NCBI GenBank assembly: GCA_973895155.1
Contig: OZ316892.1
Span: 2,173,223-2,237,222, forward strand
DNA from: Marsupella aquatica
Taxonomy: Eukaryota > Plantae > Marchantiophyta
Direction of reading: 5' to 3'
Length of the DNA: 64,000 nucleotides
Shown here piece after piece: positions 51,316 to 64,000 of this stretch. Both the position numbers and the translations under genes were made by a program. Within the stretch, counting starts at the first letter, position 1; each line of letters opens with the position of its first letter. The notes under the pieces were generated by a model that saw nothing but the letters and a program-made list of their open reading frames with translations, ran no database searches and had not been told where the DNA came from.

Positions 51316-53773
51316 TTGACCACTGAAGTCATCGTCAAAGAGACCATGTCTTACGAGGAGATCAGAAGTCCATTGGATTGATGATCAGCACAGAAGTGAT
51401 ACTGTCAGTGACTTCTCTGTCAGTCCTGACTACTCCTACAGAGTGTGTGACATCTCAGCACGCTTTCGAATCAACATCACCGGACCTCGTTCAGCAAATG
51501 AGTAGGCCAGATGTGAAGAGATCCGTAGTCCCTGGACGCAGAGATATGGTACAAAAAAGCCTTCATGATTTTCCCACTTTGCAGAAATACAAGTGAGACT
51601 ACGAGTTTTCCGACGATCTCAATTGAAGTTGGAATGAAGGTACTGGATTTGCAAATTTGCGTCCTTCGTTTCCAGTTGATTCTTTCCGGAAACATCTCTT
51701 TCTAGTCTAGTGGACTGGAGGCCATATTGGCTGGGCAGGATCAAGTGGTTCCAATGTAGTGAAAATGAATCGCTGAAGTGTTCTATCAAATGCCAACTGA
51801 TTTAAGTCGATGGGTTTGCAGAATTCAGTGCCAGGAGTGGTCCTTCCCGGGCGACAGTTTAGCAGGTCCCATGTTCAGTATGGTCTGGCGTGATAGACCA
51901 AAAGGAGCAATCGATAGAGCAGAGAGTGCACTCCAAATCTCAAGCTAGCCAACTCCTCGGTCTGCATCACGTGACGTGAAGAATGCCTCTGCATGTGATG
52001 GGTGATTAATGGGCGGAAGCGCTAAGGTGATGTGAGGTGGTTTAGCCTGGGGCGCTGCCGCCGACAGTTATACAGCTACTTGTCTCTCCAATTTTCGGGT
52101 GGGGCTTAGTCAACTACGCGACCCACTCTAGAGTCCGAATACCTATACACAAGGAGTACGAAAAAGTCACAATTGTGGTCCGACTTTTGCAAATTGTACT
52201 TCTGTAATCTCTTCGTGCAATTAGAGCCTCCACTGTAGCTTTGAAATATGTTAAGCATTGAATTTCCAAAGAATAAGCAATTTCCAAAGTATAAGCTGGT
52301 AGATAACTATATTCAGAAACAAAGTTCATTTCAATGTACGTGACACCTTCCAAAATTACGACACTATCATAATCCCAGCTTGAGATTGAAAGTAATCGAA
52401 CATATGTAGATACCTTTTCGTTGCTACATTGATACATGATGTGAAATCTTGGAAGTTCTTCGCATAATTGACCGATTCACAAAGTTTTACAGCATGGTTT
52501 TGTAGTTCTATGTAAGAATCCTCTACAAATGTCTGCCAATTATTTATGAAGCTTCTTGGGTGGCATTCGCAATGTCGCCCATATTCTTCTTACTTGAGTT
52601 TTGAGTTTACTTTCCCTTGCCAGTACTAGAATTCTCTTGAGATACGTTCTTGCTAAGTGATCATATGCCCCAAAACGTTCTCCTGAAAGATCTTGGTATC
52701 ATTTCAATATCGTTTCAACATGTTCAGTCTGTACGAAAGGAAACCCTGAAGATATTGCAACAAGTTCACATTATAAACGAGAGGCAATCCCGAAACTCAC
52801 TCTACCATTTCAAAGAGCGAGATAATAGCAGAGAAACTCTATTAGCCACTTTCGAAGGTAAGATCATGGCGGGAGATTTCATTTTATCAATAATGAGGGT
52901 TACTCATCAAAATACATCACTTCTGTACACATGGGTGAAAAGCAGCAAGGAAGAAACAGGGACCTTCCATTCCAATTTCAAAGACTATTCGACCTGTCAA
53001 GGACCTCATTCCGATATGTGCAAACAACCCTAAGACGACCTGAACATGCCGAGATACGTAGGACCTTTTAGTAGATGTATTCCAGTCACGGCTCTACCTG
53101 CAGTGGAACGACCCACCGGTTATTTCTGAATATCTTCCAATAATGTTGCACGCATCTTGTTTGTTTATGGTCCAGCAGGGGGGTTGTTTAGAGAGAGTGA
53201 GCGACAGTCATAATAGAATTGACCACTCACATAGACGAGACATATAAAACCCAGAAACCAATCCAATAAGGTACTCTATGCTACCCCTGGTCCATCCAGT
53301 GCGCGAGTCTAGGACCATGGCAGAAATGTTACGAGTACAGTCCATCCTCCCTTCCAAAGATAACATCACTAAATGGACACTGCATCAGTCCATCTAATTG
53401 TAATCCGATGAGACGCATCATATCCATAGTTCACGACTGCTGTGGACTCTTATGGACTAAACTCCGAACTTATGACTCATGCTAATCTTTTGTATATTCT
53501 TAGCCAATGAAGTGTCACCCTGCAAATGAAGGCTAAAAATGGACCTTTAAAATCCAGGGGCAGTGACAGGCGCGCCTGGAAGAACACCAGAAGTCATGAC
53601 ATCATTAACTCTCAACTCCACGGTTTGTTCCTGACGCGAAGGCAGCCTACAATGGGACGAGCTAGTATATGTCACTCCAAAAGCTGTGGCGGCTGAGGAA
53701 ATACCTGAAATGTTTCTCCAAAATCTCGTCCATACATGCCAAGAGCACGTCTCCTCATGTGCAAACTTTCAGT

Positions 53774-56670
53774 TCAGTCACGATTGAGCCGATAACTCCG
53801 GCCAGTGAAGGGTCGTCCTGTGGCGGGTGGGGGTGGCTGGGACACAGGAGCAGATCGTGGGGGTTCCCCTATCCTGTATTTAGCCAGCAACTTGAATCTG
53901 GGAAATAAATGAGAGTCAAAGAATGTCGACAGAATAAAATGTACAAGGAGAAATTCAGTGCACTCTTTTTCAAACGTTGACAGGAAGCTATGTTTCGCTT
54001 AACGGCTTGGATTTTTCCTTAGTTTTGTGATAAACTCTTCCACCCCAAAGGCACAATTGGACACCATTTAAAAGACAGATACCGCCCATGTAATGCATAT
54101 GAGCAGCAGTGCATCTTAAGGTGAATTTGGGAGGATGTTGGTTGGAAAAAGGATACACCCACTGAGGAGTCTTCAATAACTGCCTTCCGCCATTGCGAGG
54201 GTGCAGGACAGTGAGAAAGTAGTGTACATGCCCAATGATAATCCCCAGTAGATCAGGTACAAATGACTGACCAAGCATTGTGTTGACTGCTAATAATCCC
54301 CATGGCAAGTAGAAACCCTGTACAAGATGAAACACTGGCTCAATCTCTCCGACAGAGCAAAAACGAAGTCGAATACACCAATAACAGCGACAGAAAAAGT
54401 TCTAACCTTCCAGTTCTATAATTTTGCCTTTACACTGGACGAAGGGAAAACATCCAACGATGTACGGGAGTCAACTTATGTCCTGATGCAACGAGAACTG
54501 GCACCACAGAGAGGCGAAATGGACATCTAACAAGTCTAACATCATATGGATTTCAACCTGCGCCAAGGTCCTCGCAAGTCCTGATCTTACTTCAAGATAG
54601 ATCAAGACCCTGCCCTAGTCACACCTAAGACATTCACAATGCGCGGGGCCTGTACAGCATTCAACTTACGCAATACCATACATCATGCACCGACCCATTA
54701 CCTGAAAGTCCACAACCCCCATGATGTTGACTCTCGCCATCGGAAACTCACGACTCCAAAGATACACAAGCGTAAAGCACAAACTACTCCCCAGAAAGGG
54801 AATACTGAGGCGAGGTACGATCGACGTCAAAATCTGATGAATTAAGAAGACCAAATATTACTTCCAATTGCCACTAGGGATAAATTCTTCAAACGAGTCC
54901 CAAAACACCACAATCCTCCAAACAGGCACGCGACCGCATTAGATTTCCAACTACAATGTAGGATATACTAACAACTTAAGTTGGTGGCCGGTTCAACGAA
55001 GCAGAAACTCTCAGGGGATGCAACAGTCTGATGGATAGGTGTGTGTAGCATGGAATACAAGAGGAGACAATCCAAACAAAAACACAAGCACAGACTGACA
55101 GTCCGTCGACTCACAAGTGCAGTTGCGGAGGTTGTCATCAGCATCCACAGAAAATCAGCAGTTCTCTTGCTGTAAGGCCCCTGCTCAAGTTGCACTCCAT
55201 ATCTGACACTGATATCAAGCAAATGACAAAAACGCATCACAATTTGATGATTGTACCCACAAGGAGATCCTCGCAAATCAAACTAGCACGAGCATGGAGA
55301 TTATCTACACATTTAGAGTCAGTGACAGGATCAAAAAGTGAAAAAATTGAAAGTCCAAGTAACGAACAACAAAAATTGAATCTACAGGTTGAATTGATAA
55401 AACTCACATCATCAACATTCTCATACCGAAATACGGAGAGAATTGCCCTAAGAAGAAAAAATTTGAAACCAGCCGCCATATCTGCAACAGTCAACCATGA
55501 AATACAAAGTCCAACTATACAACTATCACCTCTGGAAGATCCTCAACGAGAAAGTTCAAATCCGAGTAATTGAGCTCTGCCTTCTAAACCTTCGAAGAAG
55601 TGCTCAGATGAAATTATCGGCCAAAATTTATTTCCAGAATCACGAGCAAAGACGCAAGAGAGGTTGGCAAAGAATAGACAACCCATCAAGATATCATCAG
55701 CACCTGAAACTGACGCAAAACAAGAGAATAGGAAAGTGCCATCAATCTCGGATTGATAATTCCTAAATGATAGCCGACAGATGAGGCAAAGCAGAGCGTC
55801 CCATAGGCCTTGGTTATCACTGGAAGCGATTCGAACCACCTGAAATTGACGTCAATACCACCCCCAACACTCACATCAGATACATCTGGATTGGTGACTG
55901 ACTCAGGTGGAAAAGCAGATACAGAATCTAAGTCCAGAGCCCACACCACATAGTTTTAATTTTGAATTTAGTCTCAAAACGATTGTGAACTCCTGAGTAC
56001 ATCGATGAATATGTTGCACAGTCCAGAGCCACCAAAAATGCCTTTGCCCCATCCACCTACTCCCCACCCGCACCCCACACCTAAATTTGGAACCTTTCCA
56101 AACATTTGAACGCCAATCCGTAGACGTGATCGGCTGTGAGTGAACCTGACCCTAAAATCGTCCTTCGGGAATCCACATTTGTTTTCAAAAGAAGGGACGA
56201 AAGGAGAGGGAAATGCCGGCCATACATCTCATGACGCACACTCATCCTCTCAGTCATTAAGGTGGATCATTCATCAATAGTCATCGTCGAATTGAATGAA
56301 AACAAACTAATTCCGCTGGGACACGGTAGGTTCTGCAGCATGCTTCAGAGAGCAGAAACAGACGACCAGCCCTAAAAAAGTTTACAGAGATCTCTGATTC
56401 TCTTCTCGGTGGCGTTGACAGAGCTGACAATTGCTCTTGATGGTAACAAATAGCATTCCGACGAATTTGCACAGCTCAGCTAAACGAAACTTCCATCCAT
56501 CCTTGACGTCCTATTAAAACCTCGCTATAGGCAAACAGCATCTGTTCACCGGCCGGCTGGCAAACTCGAGGCCGAGCCTCCTTCAACTCGTCAAAATTCA
56601 GAACAAACATCCAAAACACCAAATAGGATGAGAGTTGAACGCAAAGAACGCACTCGGATGGCGTCGACAT
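53774..56670 (-). CDS. DER1: Derlin-1 (ERAD rhomboid pseudoprotease), 245 aa
   Basis: Seven phase-consistent GT-AG exons: 56670-56654, 55839-55704, 55481-55408, 55208-55115, 54833-54702, 54317-54157, 53897-53774. Motifs FQIWRL, RYGVQLE.GP...RTADF.WM, YLWSREFP, GFYLPW, GH..YFL and the C-terminal SHP-like FTGRSYRL. Confidence 0.93.
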
Positions 56671-57014
56671 GGCTACAATATTCGCAAGACTGTGCTCGTA
56701 TGGGTGCGTGCGTCTTCCTGGAAACGTCTCCTTCCCTCCTTTCAACCAATCCAATTTCCAAGCTGACGAACAGACCAGAGCTGCAAGCCAACACCAAATC
56801 TCCCGTTCGACGACGAAGCCGGTAAAGTAAACGGAGCCAGCCAAAGTTGCAAAACCAGGTCACGAAGCAGTAGACGAGGCAAGAGCTTCAATTCGATGCA
56901 CCACGGAAAACTATGGGAGACGGCATGAGAGTTTTCTCAGTTGATCTTTTCTTAGGAAGACAGAGGCGACACAGACGAAGGATCGAGAGGAGTGAAAGAG
57001 ATTTGGGGTACAAT

Positions 57015-57462
57015 CTACTCTACAGTAGTGGTTTGGAGGTATCTACTTGATGGACCCCAAACCTCTACTCTACAGTAGTGATTTGGAGGTATTGCTTGAT
57101 GGACCCCAAACCAAACTTTTCTCTCTAATCATCCCCATGAGGTTTTGGGTACATTGATTTACTTTGATTTCAATTCTCCAAACAGTCTGGTCTGGATCAC
57201 TCAGCAATGCCATCAAGTAAGAATTTTTCATTTTGGGGGTCCCCCAAACTAAACTTTTCTCCGCAATCATCCCCATGAGGTTTTGGGTACATTGATTTAC
57301 TTTGATTTCAATCCTCCAAACCGTCTGGATCACTCAGCGATGCCATCAAGTAAGAATTTTTCATTTTGGGGGTCCCTCAAGCATGTCCCTCCATCACTCA
57401 AAGATGCCATCAAGTAAGAATTTTTGTTTTGGGGGGTTCATCAAGCGTGTTATGAGACCCCC
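57015..57462. repeat. Nested tandem/inverted repeat ending in a MITE-B-like TIR
   Basis: A ~50-bp unit x2, a ~130-bp unit x2 and atcaagtaagaatttt..tttgggg x3, ending in tgagaccccc (reverse complement of gggggtctca). Confidence 0.7.
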
Positions 57463-57689
57463 TTTAGAGTGAGGGTCCCCAGCTCCCATGGTTTAAGTGG
57501 TGCTGGGTTTTGGCTCGTAAAGCTTTTGGGGTGATATTCAAGGGTACCTCCACATAGTTTTGTATGGTATAGGGTTTGCCATAATGATATTGGGGTGGTA
57601 TTGGGGTTGCCTCCCATACTTCTGTGGCCTTACTCAATGATATAGAAGCTCTTACCATCAACTATTAGGCTTCCTTCTCTCACTCTCTC

Positions 57690-59320
57690 CTTCTTGTGTT
57701 ATTGTTTTTTCCCTTTTTTTCTTTTTGCTTTTTTTCAAAGAGGGCGCAAAGACCCCACCATATCACGCAAAGGGACAAAAGCCACCCAGGCAAAAAAACA
57801 CAAACAGGGCCCAGCACCCAAGCCAAAACACCACACAAACCACACAAACCAGCCCAAATCCGGCCAGGGAGGCCTGAAGCACCCCCTACTCGGGGCCACA
57901 TCACGTTTTCAGGTAAAAGTCTTGCTACTCTGCTGATGACCCTTCTAGGGTTTATCCTACAATGTGGCTGAATACTACCTCTACAGTCCGAATAATCCTA
58001 TGCCTACTGCCAACCTTAGTAAGGATTCTAAAAAGCAGTCTCCTACCCTCCTTATAGTCCACGAGTTTGGTGCAGAGCCAGGTGCCCTGGTGCCACCCTG
58101 CACCCCTCGTAGTGAAGAATTGGCAGTCAGTCTTCAGTTTCATTTGTGTTAAGGGCAAGCGAAATATTAATGGTCTCCCATGGCTTAAGGACAGCCTGGA
58201 GTTGGTCAAGAGCACTACTCAATTGTCGATCATAGCCCTGAGATGTGTTTCAGTTGTCGCAGTACAACTCAACTTGGGAGTCTCGGAACTCAATTACCTT
58301 AACACTTAGCTCCGGCGTCGCTGACTCCGACGCCGAGCTCCCTTATGCTCCAGGCCCGGATAGGCCATCTAGGGGGGACTTAGCATGGGGAGACTTGTGG
58401 GCAACAAGGCATGACACTGGCAAAGGCAAGGCGCCAAGCTGATGACACACACTAAAGACTTAGACTAGTTAAGAGTTGGTCGGGTCAAAGGGAAAAGGGC
58501 CGGGCTCAAGGTCGATTGTCCGGACCCCCGGACGGACTTTGAGTTCTGAGGGCTTGAGTGAGAGCTCCTCTTGGGCCCAAAGCCAATGGAGTTGACTTCA
58601 TGGGCAACGGACGCTTCGGGCGCAAGTTATGGCCCAATCCGGGTTTGGCCAATCGGGGGCCCCGAGCGGCGATGAGATCTGAGGAACTAGGCATGAGCAT
58701 TGGGTCGGCCCAATCACAACGGGCTAAGGCACTCCGCTTGCGGACGCCTAACTAGAAAATTATGGGCATTGCCAATTGGTGGCGCGCATAGACATGCGGG
58801 TTGGGACGGTGGGGGGCCAAAATTTGGGGACCAAAATTGGTCTGGGGGTGACAGGTCTCCAAAAGCATATATGAGGGGAGTGGTGTCTCCTTGGGGGCTA
58901 AGGGCGAGCTGAAGTCATGAACCGCTACGGTCACGCCAAACGGAAACGATGATAACTTCTTGTTTGGAAGTCCATTGGAGGACTTTTTGGGTGCGTTGGA
59001 AAGCTCTGAAGGAGGGCTACATCTTCCTAGGCTCAGTTGGGTCTAGGGGTGTTATAGGTTATTGAGGTTTGCGGGTACTATCTCACCCGCTTGCCAAATC
59101 CTGCCAAAACAACAACTAACCTGCGTTCAGTCTCTCAAGGGAGCTTGCTTTGGGGGGGCAGGGCCAAGTAGGCGTGGAGGTTGAGTCTCAAGGGCATTTG
59201 GCCCCTAGACCATCAATGAGGCGAGAATTGGGAGTTGGTTGCTAAAGTTGGAACCATTCTGGTATCGGTGTGTTGGACAAACTTTAGAACAAGCTACATT
59301 ATTTGGATTATGAACATGTC
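57690..59320 (-). mobile_element. Decayed LINE-like element 3' portion
   Basis: 58280-59320 is homologous to 8757-9830; an A-rich tail lies on the minus strand at ~57690-57735. No intact ORF. Confidence 0.5.
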
Positions 59321-61021
59321 CCTTATTATAATTGTAGATTATACTCCCCTTTTCACCCAGCTGCTTGGTGAACATTTCAAGTTACTTGTTTTAAATACTT
59401 GAATTATATAAAGAACTCCAAAGGAACAAAAAAGGCAAACTGGGAGACATGATCTCAAAGATAAACAACCCAATAAAAGGGGCCAACAAAGGAGAAAAGG
59501 GGAAAAACACAAGAGCCAAAAAAACCCTAAGGGCCAACAAGGCAAACAAGCTGAAAAGCCCACATAACCAAACAACAAAAACCCCACTTACAGTAGTGCT
59601 CCCAATCCAAATAATTTCGTGGTTTGTTTTCTGGGGGTTTGCGATTGTTGCGGGTTCCTTGGCTTGCAAGCAACCCACGCCGCCGGATGCTACGTGACTA
59701 ATTGTAAGCCGCACGATCCTCATCGAGCGATCGATCTAAACCTTTTCTACGCCTGCGATTGCCCCTTGAGCGAGCGGCCCATGTCGTCCTTTCTGCGGAG
59801 GAACCCGTACTTTCGATCTCTATCTCTCTTTGTTGCAAAGTTCTCTCTCTTCAAAGCTTCACCTGATGAAAAGCGCTCGAGCGGCTGTGGAAAGCATCTT
59901 CTCGAATCGGTGTGGGTTTCCAATTTCGTTTGACGCGGCTACAGTTCTACCTATTCTCGCTGCACCACAATTGCGCTGCACTTCCTCGCGTCTTGTTGAG
60001 CTCTCGGTTGCGTCGTTGCGAAGACTTATTGCGGGAGAAATCGTCGTTCGTGCTTGATAAGGTCTAGTCCTTTTGGTTTTTTAGGGTGGCTGTTTCGATT
60101 TTGCGAGGGCGGAGCTGTGTTTTTGAAAACTGAGATAGTGTTGGCGCACTGTCGGGATCGTGTGATTCTCTTCGCGGGCACGGCCTCTTGATTGCGCAAG
60201 CGGTCTTCAGAGCTTGTCATCGCACAATCGACTTCGGCAAGGCTTGTAGGGTTGTGAATCGCTGCTCTCTGGGTGTCTTATTAGTGCTTGTTGACATTAT
60301 CGGCGGCTTTTGGCGGACTGGCTGCCTGGAGAGAAGGAGGAGGCTGAAGCGTTGTTTAGGGAGAGGACGTTGTTAACTGATTCGTTGGTCGACGGTGTCG
60401 GGAGTGAAATTTCTAGAGCCTGAGTCTTCGCTGCTTTTTCTCCAACAACGTTGACACCTTCTAAAAGTGGGCGTCACGCCTCGTTGATTGTACAGTTCGA
60501 CAAGGGCGCTTGTATCGTGTGGCAAGGTGTGCAGTCTTCTCGTGGCCTATGGCAAGTTTGTGTTTGGAGTGGATGCGATTCTGAATTGCGGTTTGCTAAC
60601 TGACGGCGATGTTTTTTGCTTCTTCTATCTTGATGTTCAATGAGGAGATAGGTTGGGGCTCCGACGATGTGGCCGTGCCGCGTGTAATTAGTGTGTATTG
60701 GCCTTCTGAGGAGGTTTTGAATTTTATAGTCGGAGAGTCTATTTATGGGCTAAAGTATTGAGGGAGTGACGGTGTTTCGGCGTCCGCCTCTACAGATCTG
60801 GGTCACGCTTGGAGCGCAGTTCGGAAACTTTCTTACGTCTTCCGAGTAAGTTGGAGCAGGCTGAGATCTCGACATAGGATTTACCTCAGTTGGAACTGTT
60901 TCAGGTTGCTCTCGAACTCCGTTGTAAGGTTCCGCGGCACTTTTGTCATTCCGTCAACGCGTTCACTGCGCTTTTTGGATTGGAAATCACGTTTTCTTGA
61001 CGGCTTTTAAGAAATTCAACA

Positions 61022-63907
61022 ATGGCCACTTTGAATCTACCCGCGAAGATGGATTTTACTATGGGGTCGACCGAGCAGAAGATGGACATGACTCTTGGTA
61101 CGTGGCGCCTAGTTTGCTATTCTTTACGGAGATGATTTCCATATTGGAGTAGATGTTTCGAGCGTTTCAGTTCCCTCGTGTCGGAGTTGATTAATTCTAT
61201 GCCAGAGGTTTTTAGTCGAGGTCGTTGCTTCACATGGATGAAAAGGTAGAGTCAGAGTTTATCAACCAGGGCAGCTATTGATAAACTTGCCAATGTAGAA
61301 TGTCGGACGGGGTGCGCTTGCGGCCGTGCTGGCGATTGTAGGTCTTTTGCTGTCTGACAGAAATTTTAACATCTTTGGGTTGTCTCACAGATGATATTAT
61401 CAAGCAGACGCGCAAGACGAAAACTCAGAGAGTCCCTGTAAGCATTTCATTTCTACCACGCTCATAGATTGATTCTTTTGAAGTATGGCTAGCCCTATTA
61501 TTATGGCCTCTGTTGTGCGGACTGCCTTTCATTGCTAATGAGTATTTGTTCTCGGTAACAGATCAAAGGCCGTTTCAAAAATGGGAATGCGCCGGGGCAG
61601 AAAGCTGCGAAGACCCCAGCTGCAAGAGCTGCTCTTCAACGTTCGGTTGCGGCTCGGTCGTCAAATCTACGACAGGTTAGAAACACAGGCCGGATTTATA
61701 TTCTTTGATTATTTAGTAATATTACGCTTATGGTTACTCCAACCTGAGGCTAGTTGTTGAGAAGTCGACGTGATTCGATAACTTTTTCATTTGGAATACT
61801 CAGGGCAAGTTCGCCGAAGCTAGAGCCCGCAATGGGGCCGGTACCTTTGCAGCAACGCAAGCTGCTGGGAAGAGGGCCTTTGCCACTCCTGTTACAGCTA
61901 GAAACAGAGCGTGGATGAAGACCAGGTATTCTTTCACCTTCGGAGTAGTAGTCATTCTGGATGTTTGTTTGACCGGAAGTTATTTTTTCCGTGAGGCCCA
62001 CTCCTTAGGCACGTTGAACGGTGTGGAGTGAACCTATTTCCCTATTTCCTTCATGAAGTCTGTAGTACAGCCCGCTCCCATGACCTGCTTTTTACGGGGT
62101 CTATGACTCAAAGCTAGACACGTCTATAGGCTGTCCTACTGTTTTGGCCATGAGTGGATGCGTGTCTGAGATCTCACAGTGTCTCCTTCAAGTACATCAT
62201 CAAATTTCAGAATTGTTCCTGACAGTTAGTATACCTCACTTGCAGCAATGTTGGGCGAAACAATTTTGCTGGGCAACGTGCTGTCCCCGTCCCAAAGCGG
62301 AATCCTTTCCCGGCCGCTACTGGCAACATGAAGATATCAGTCGTCAACAACGGAAGCAAGTGAGTGGCTGGTGCAAAGCAGTCACGTCCTGAAGACTGCG
62401 AAAGTTGACTGGATCTTGATTTTCATTTGAACTTTCAGTATGAGAAGTGGTTGTCTGGAAGGTGGCGCAGGTCTCAGCGGAAGAATTCATCATTATCATG
62501 GCTGATGAGTTTAGACCTGTGGCAGACTCCTAGACTCTTGTACTGGAGTCTTTTGTTGGCTGTGGAGATATGCTTTTTTGTGTATGCAAGGAAAGAAAGC
62601 CCCGGGATGCGGTGGAAAACGTAGGATGTAGACCGCAGCAACAACTTGGCAGAGTTGTTAAATTTATGACGTGTCTTTTCTGAGGAAAGTTCACAGGCCT
62701 AATGCCTCAAAAATGAGAGGTTGGCTTCGGCATGTCCTTCTTTGAGAAGGAAGCTAGGCATGGCATGGAATATGCAAAGCATGGAGTAGATTTTGCGGTC
62801 TATTTGCTTGCAGAGAGTTGTGCCCACATATCTATCATCCACGCATAGACTAGTGCATGAACCTCAAGGACAGCACTTTCCAACTTCTTGCTGATAGTCG
62901 GATCGGAGGCTTGCTATATTCTCTCGTCGAGAGCAGGGAGGTATCTAAGGGGCGAGCCAATGAATCACAGCAAGTCTCCTCCCGCCCGGCCAGAGTTTTC
63001 GAAAGCAGCCATGTATTGATTCAAATAGTTGGTTTGGATATTCCAGTGGTCGGTTGGGCCTTCGAACAGGGATTGGAAACTCCTGACGCTTCTTGATCAA
63101 ATGGGTCCCATCTCTCGAAGATTCCCGCATAGGGCATCATCAACTCGTATTTATCTCTATTCTTCCCTAGTACTTCTTCACTCTGCGATCATAAGAGGTA
63201 GGAGGACAAATTTGCATGCCAGGCCAAATGGTATGTGCTCCTCCTTTGTCATGCCAGAGGAGTTGGTGCTTTGGAGGTGACCTCCCATGTTGCGGGTTCG
63301 ATGTCGGGTGCCTCTGACTGAAAATAACGTTTATGAGCATGTTGACTTTTTTGTTACAGGGTTGGTGGTCAGAGGTTTACTGCGCAGCCATTCCGCAAAA
63401 GGAATGGGCCCAACGTTCCTTCGCGACAAGTATTAACAGGACAACAACTGAAGTCTGACAGGGTTGGTATTTCAAGAGAGCTACGGCACTAATGTTGATT
63501 TGTCGAGGGAATTTTTACGATGTGTTGTGAATGTGCATTCTATCGTTCACTTTGGGGTGCTTTCTCACGGAAAGTGCGGAATCAGTCTATTCGAGGATGT
63601 GACTATCAATTTCCTTCTGCTCTCTGTTGCATGGATCGAAGGTTGAAGTTACCCACTCGCCACCCAACAGCTATTAAATAGTGCGTCTCACTGATTCGCT
63701 GACTCTGTTTTGCAGATGGACGTCGACGTCCTCCACCCTCAGAATCAAAAGCCGAAAGCAAGGACCTTAGATTCTCTCTTTGCAGAAATCAAGGAGCGAC
63801 GATTCACTCAGCCAGCAGTTGTTCAACCTTTCACTTCCGTGGGAACCGGTAGGAGGGGTGGGCGAGGTGGATTCCAAGGACGCAGAAGGCCAGGGAGGCC
63901 TCAATAA
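61022..63907 (+). CDS. UAP56-interacting mRNA export factor-like protein (UIEF/UIF-type, UBM motifs at both ends)
   Basis: Exons 61022-61097, 61391-61437, 61562-61675, 61804-61925, 62246-62359, 63360-63462 (alternative donor 63429) and 63716-63907 splice in frame. N-terminal TEQKMDMTLDDIIK, C-terminal RTLDSLFAEIKE, RGG tail. Confidence 0.8.
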
Positions 63908-64000
63908 CTGGGCTGCATGCTCGGATCGTTTTGTTTGTTGGGTAATGTTGCGATGGGCAGCTAGGTTCTTGTGCTGCACTTCAGGGATAGTGCTTTAGTA

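Noticed and set aside
52114-53033. ORFs 52114-52437 and 52650-53033
   Set aside because: No domain signal; they lie in the convergent 3' region between the PPR and Derlin genes.

Overview
Eukaryotic nuclear DNA with GT-AG introns, from a land plant (probably a non-seed plant; the species cannot be fixed from the sequence). The left ~40 kb is an expanding array of 4-exon, secreted pepsin-family (A1, nepenthesin/CDR1-like) aspartic protease genes: four intact minus-strand copies plus one inverted, frameshifted and truncated pseudogene. Between them lie transposon relics: RLE-type (CRE-like) non-LTR fragments, Helitrons, Tourist-like MITEs, a copia-type solo LTR and a Pong transposase remnant. 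A near-perfect 9,165-bp tandem duplication has its crossover in a 39-bp window near the predicted transcription start. Copy 2 is therefore a promoter-swap chimera, with the copy-3 coding sequence under the copy-1 promoter. The proteases have lost most family disulfides in pairs and vary mainly around the substrate cleft. The right ~20 kb holds single-copy genes: an uncharacterised 3-exon gene (NPHGEHAE motif), an intronless CRP1-like PPR gene, Derlin-1, and a UIEF-like mRNA export factor with a hairpin-rich 1-kb intron. All exon structures and alignments were worked out by eye; no database search was run.
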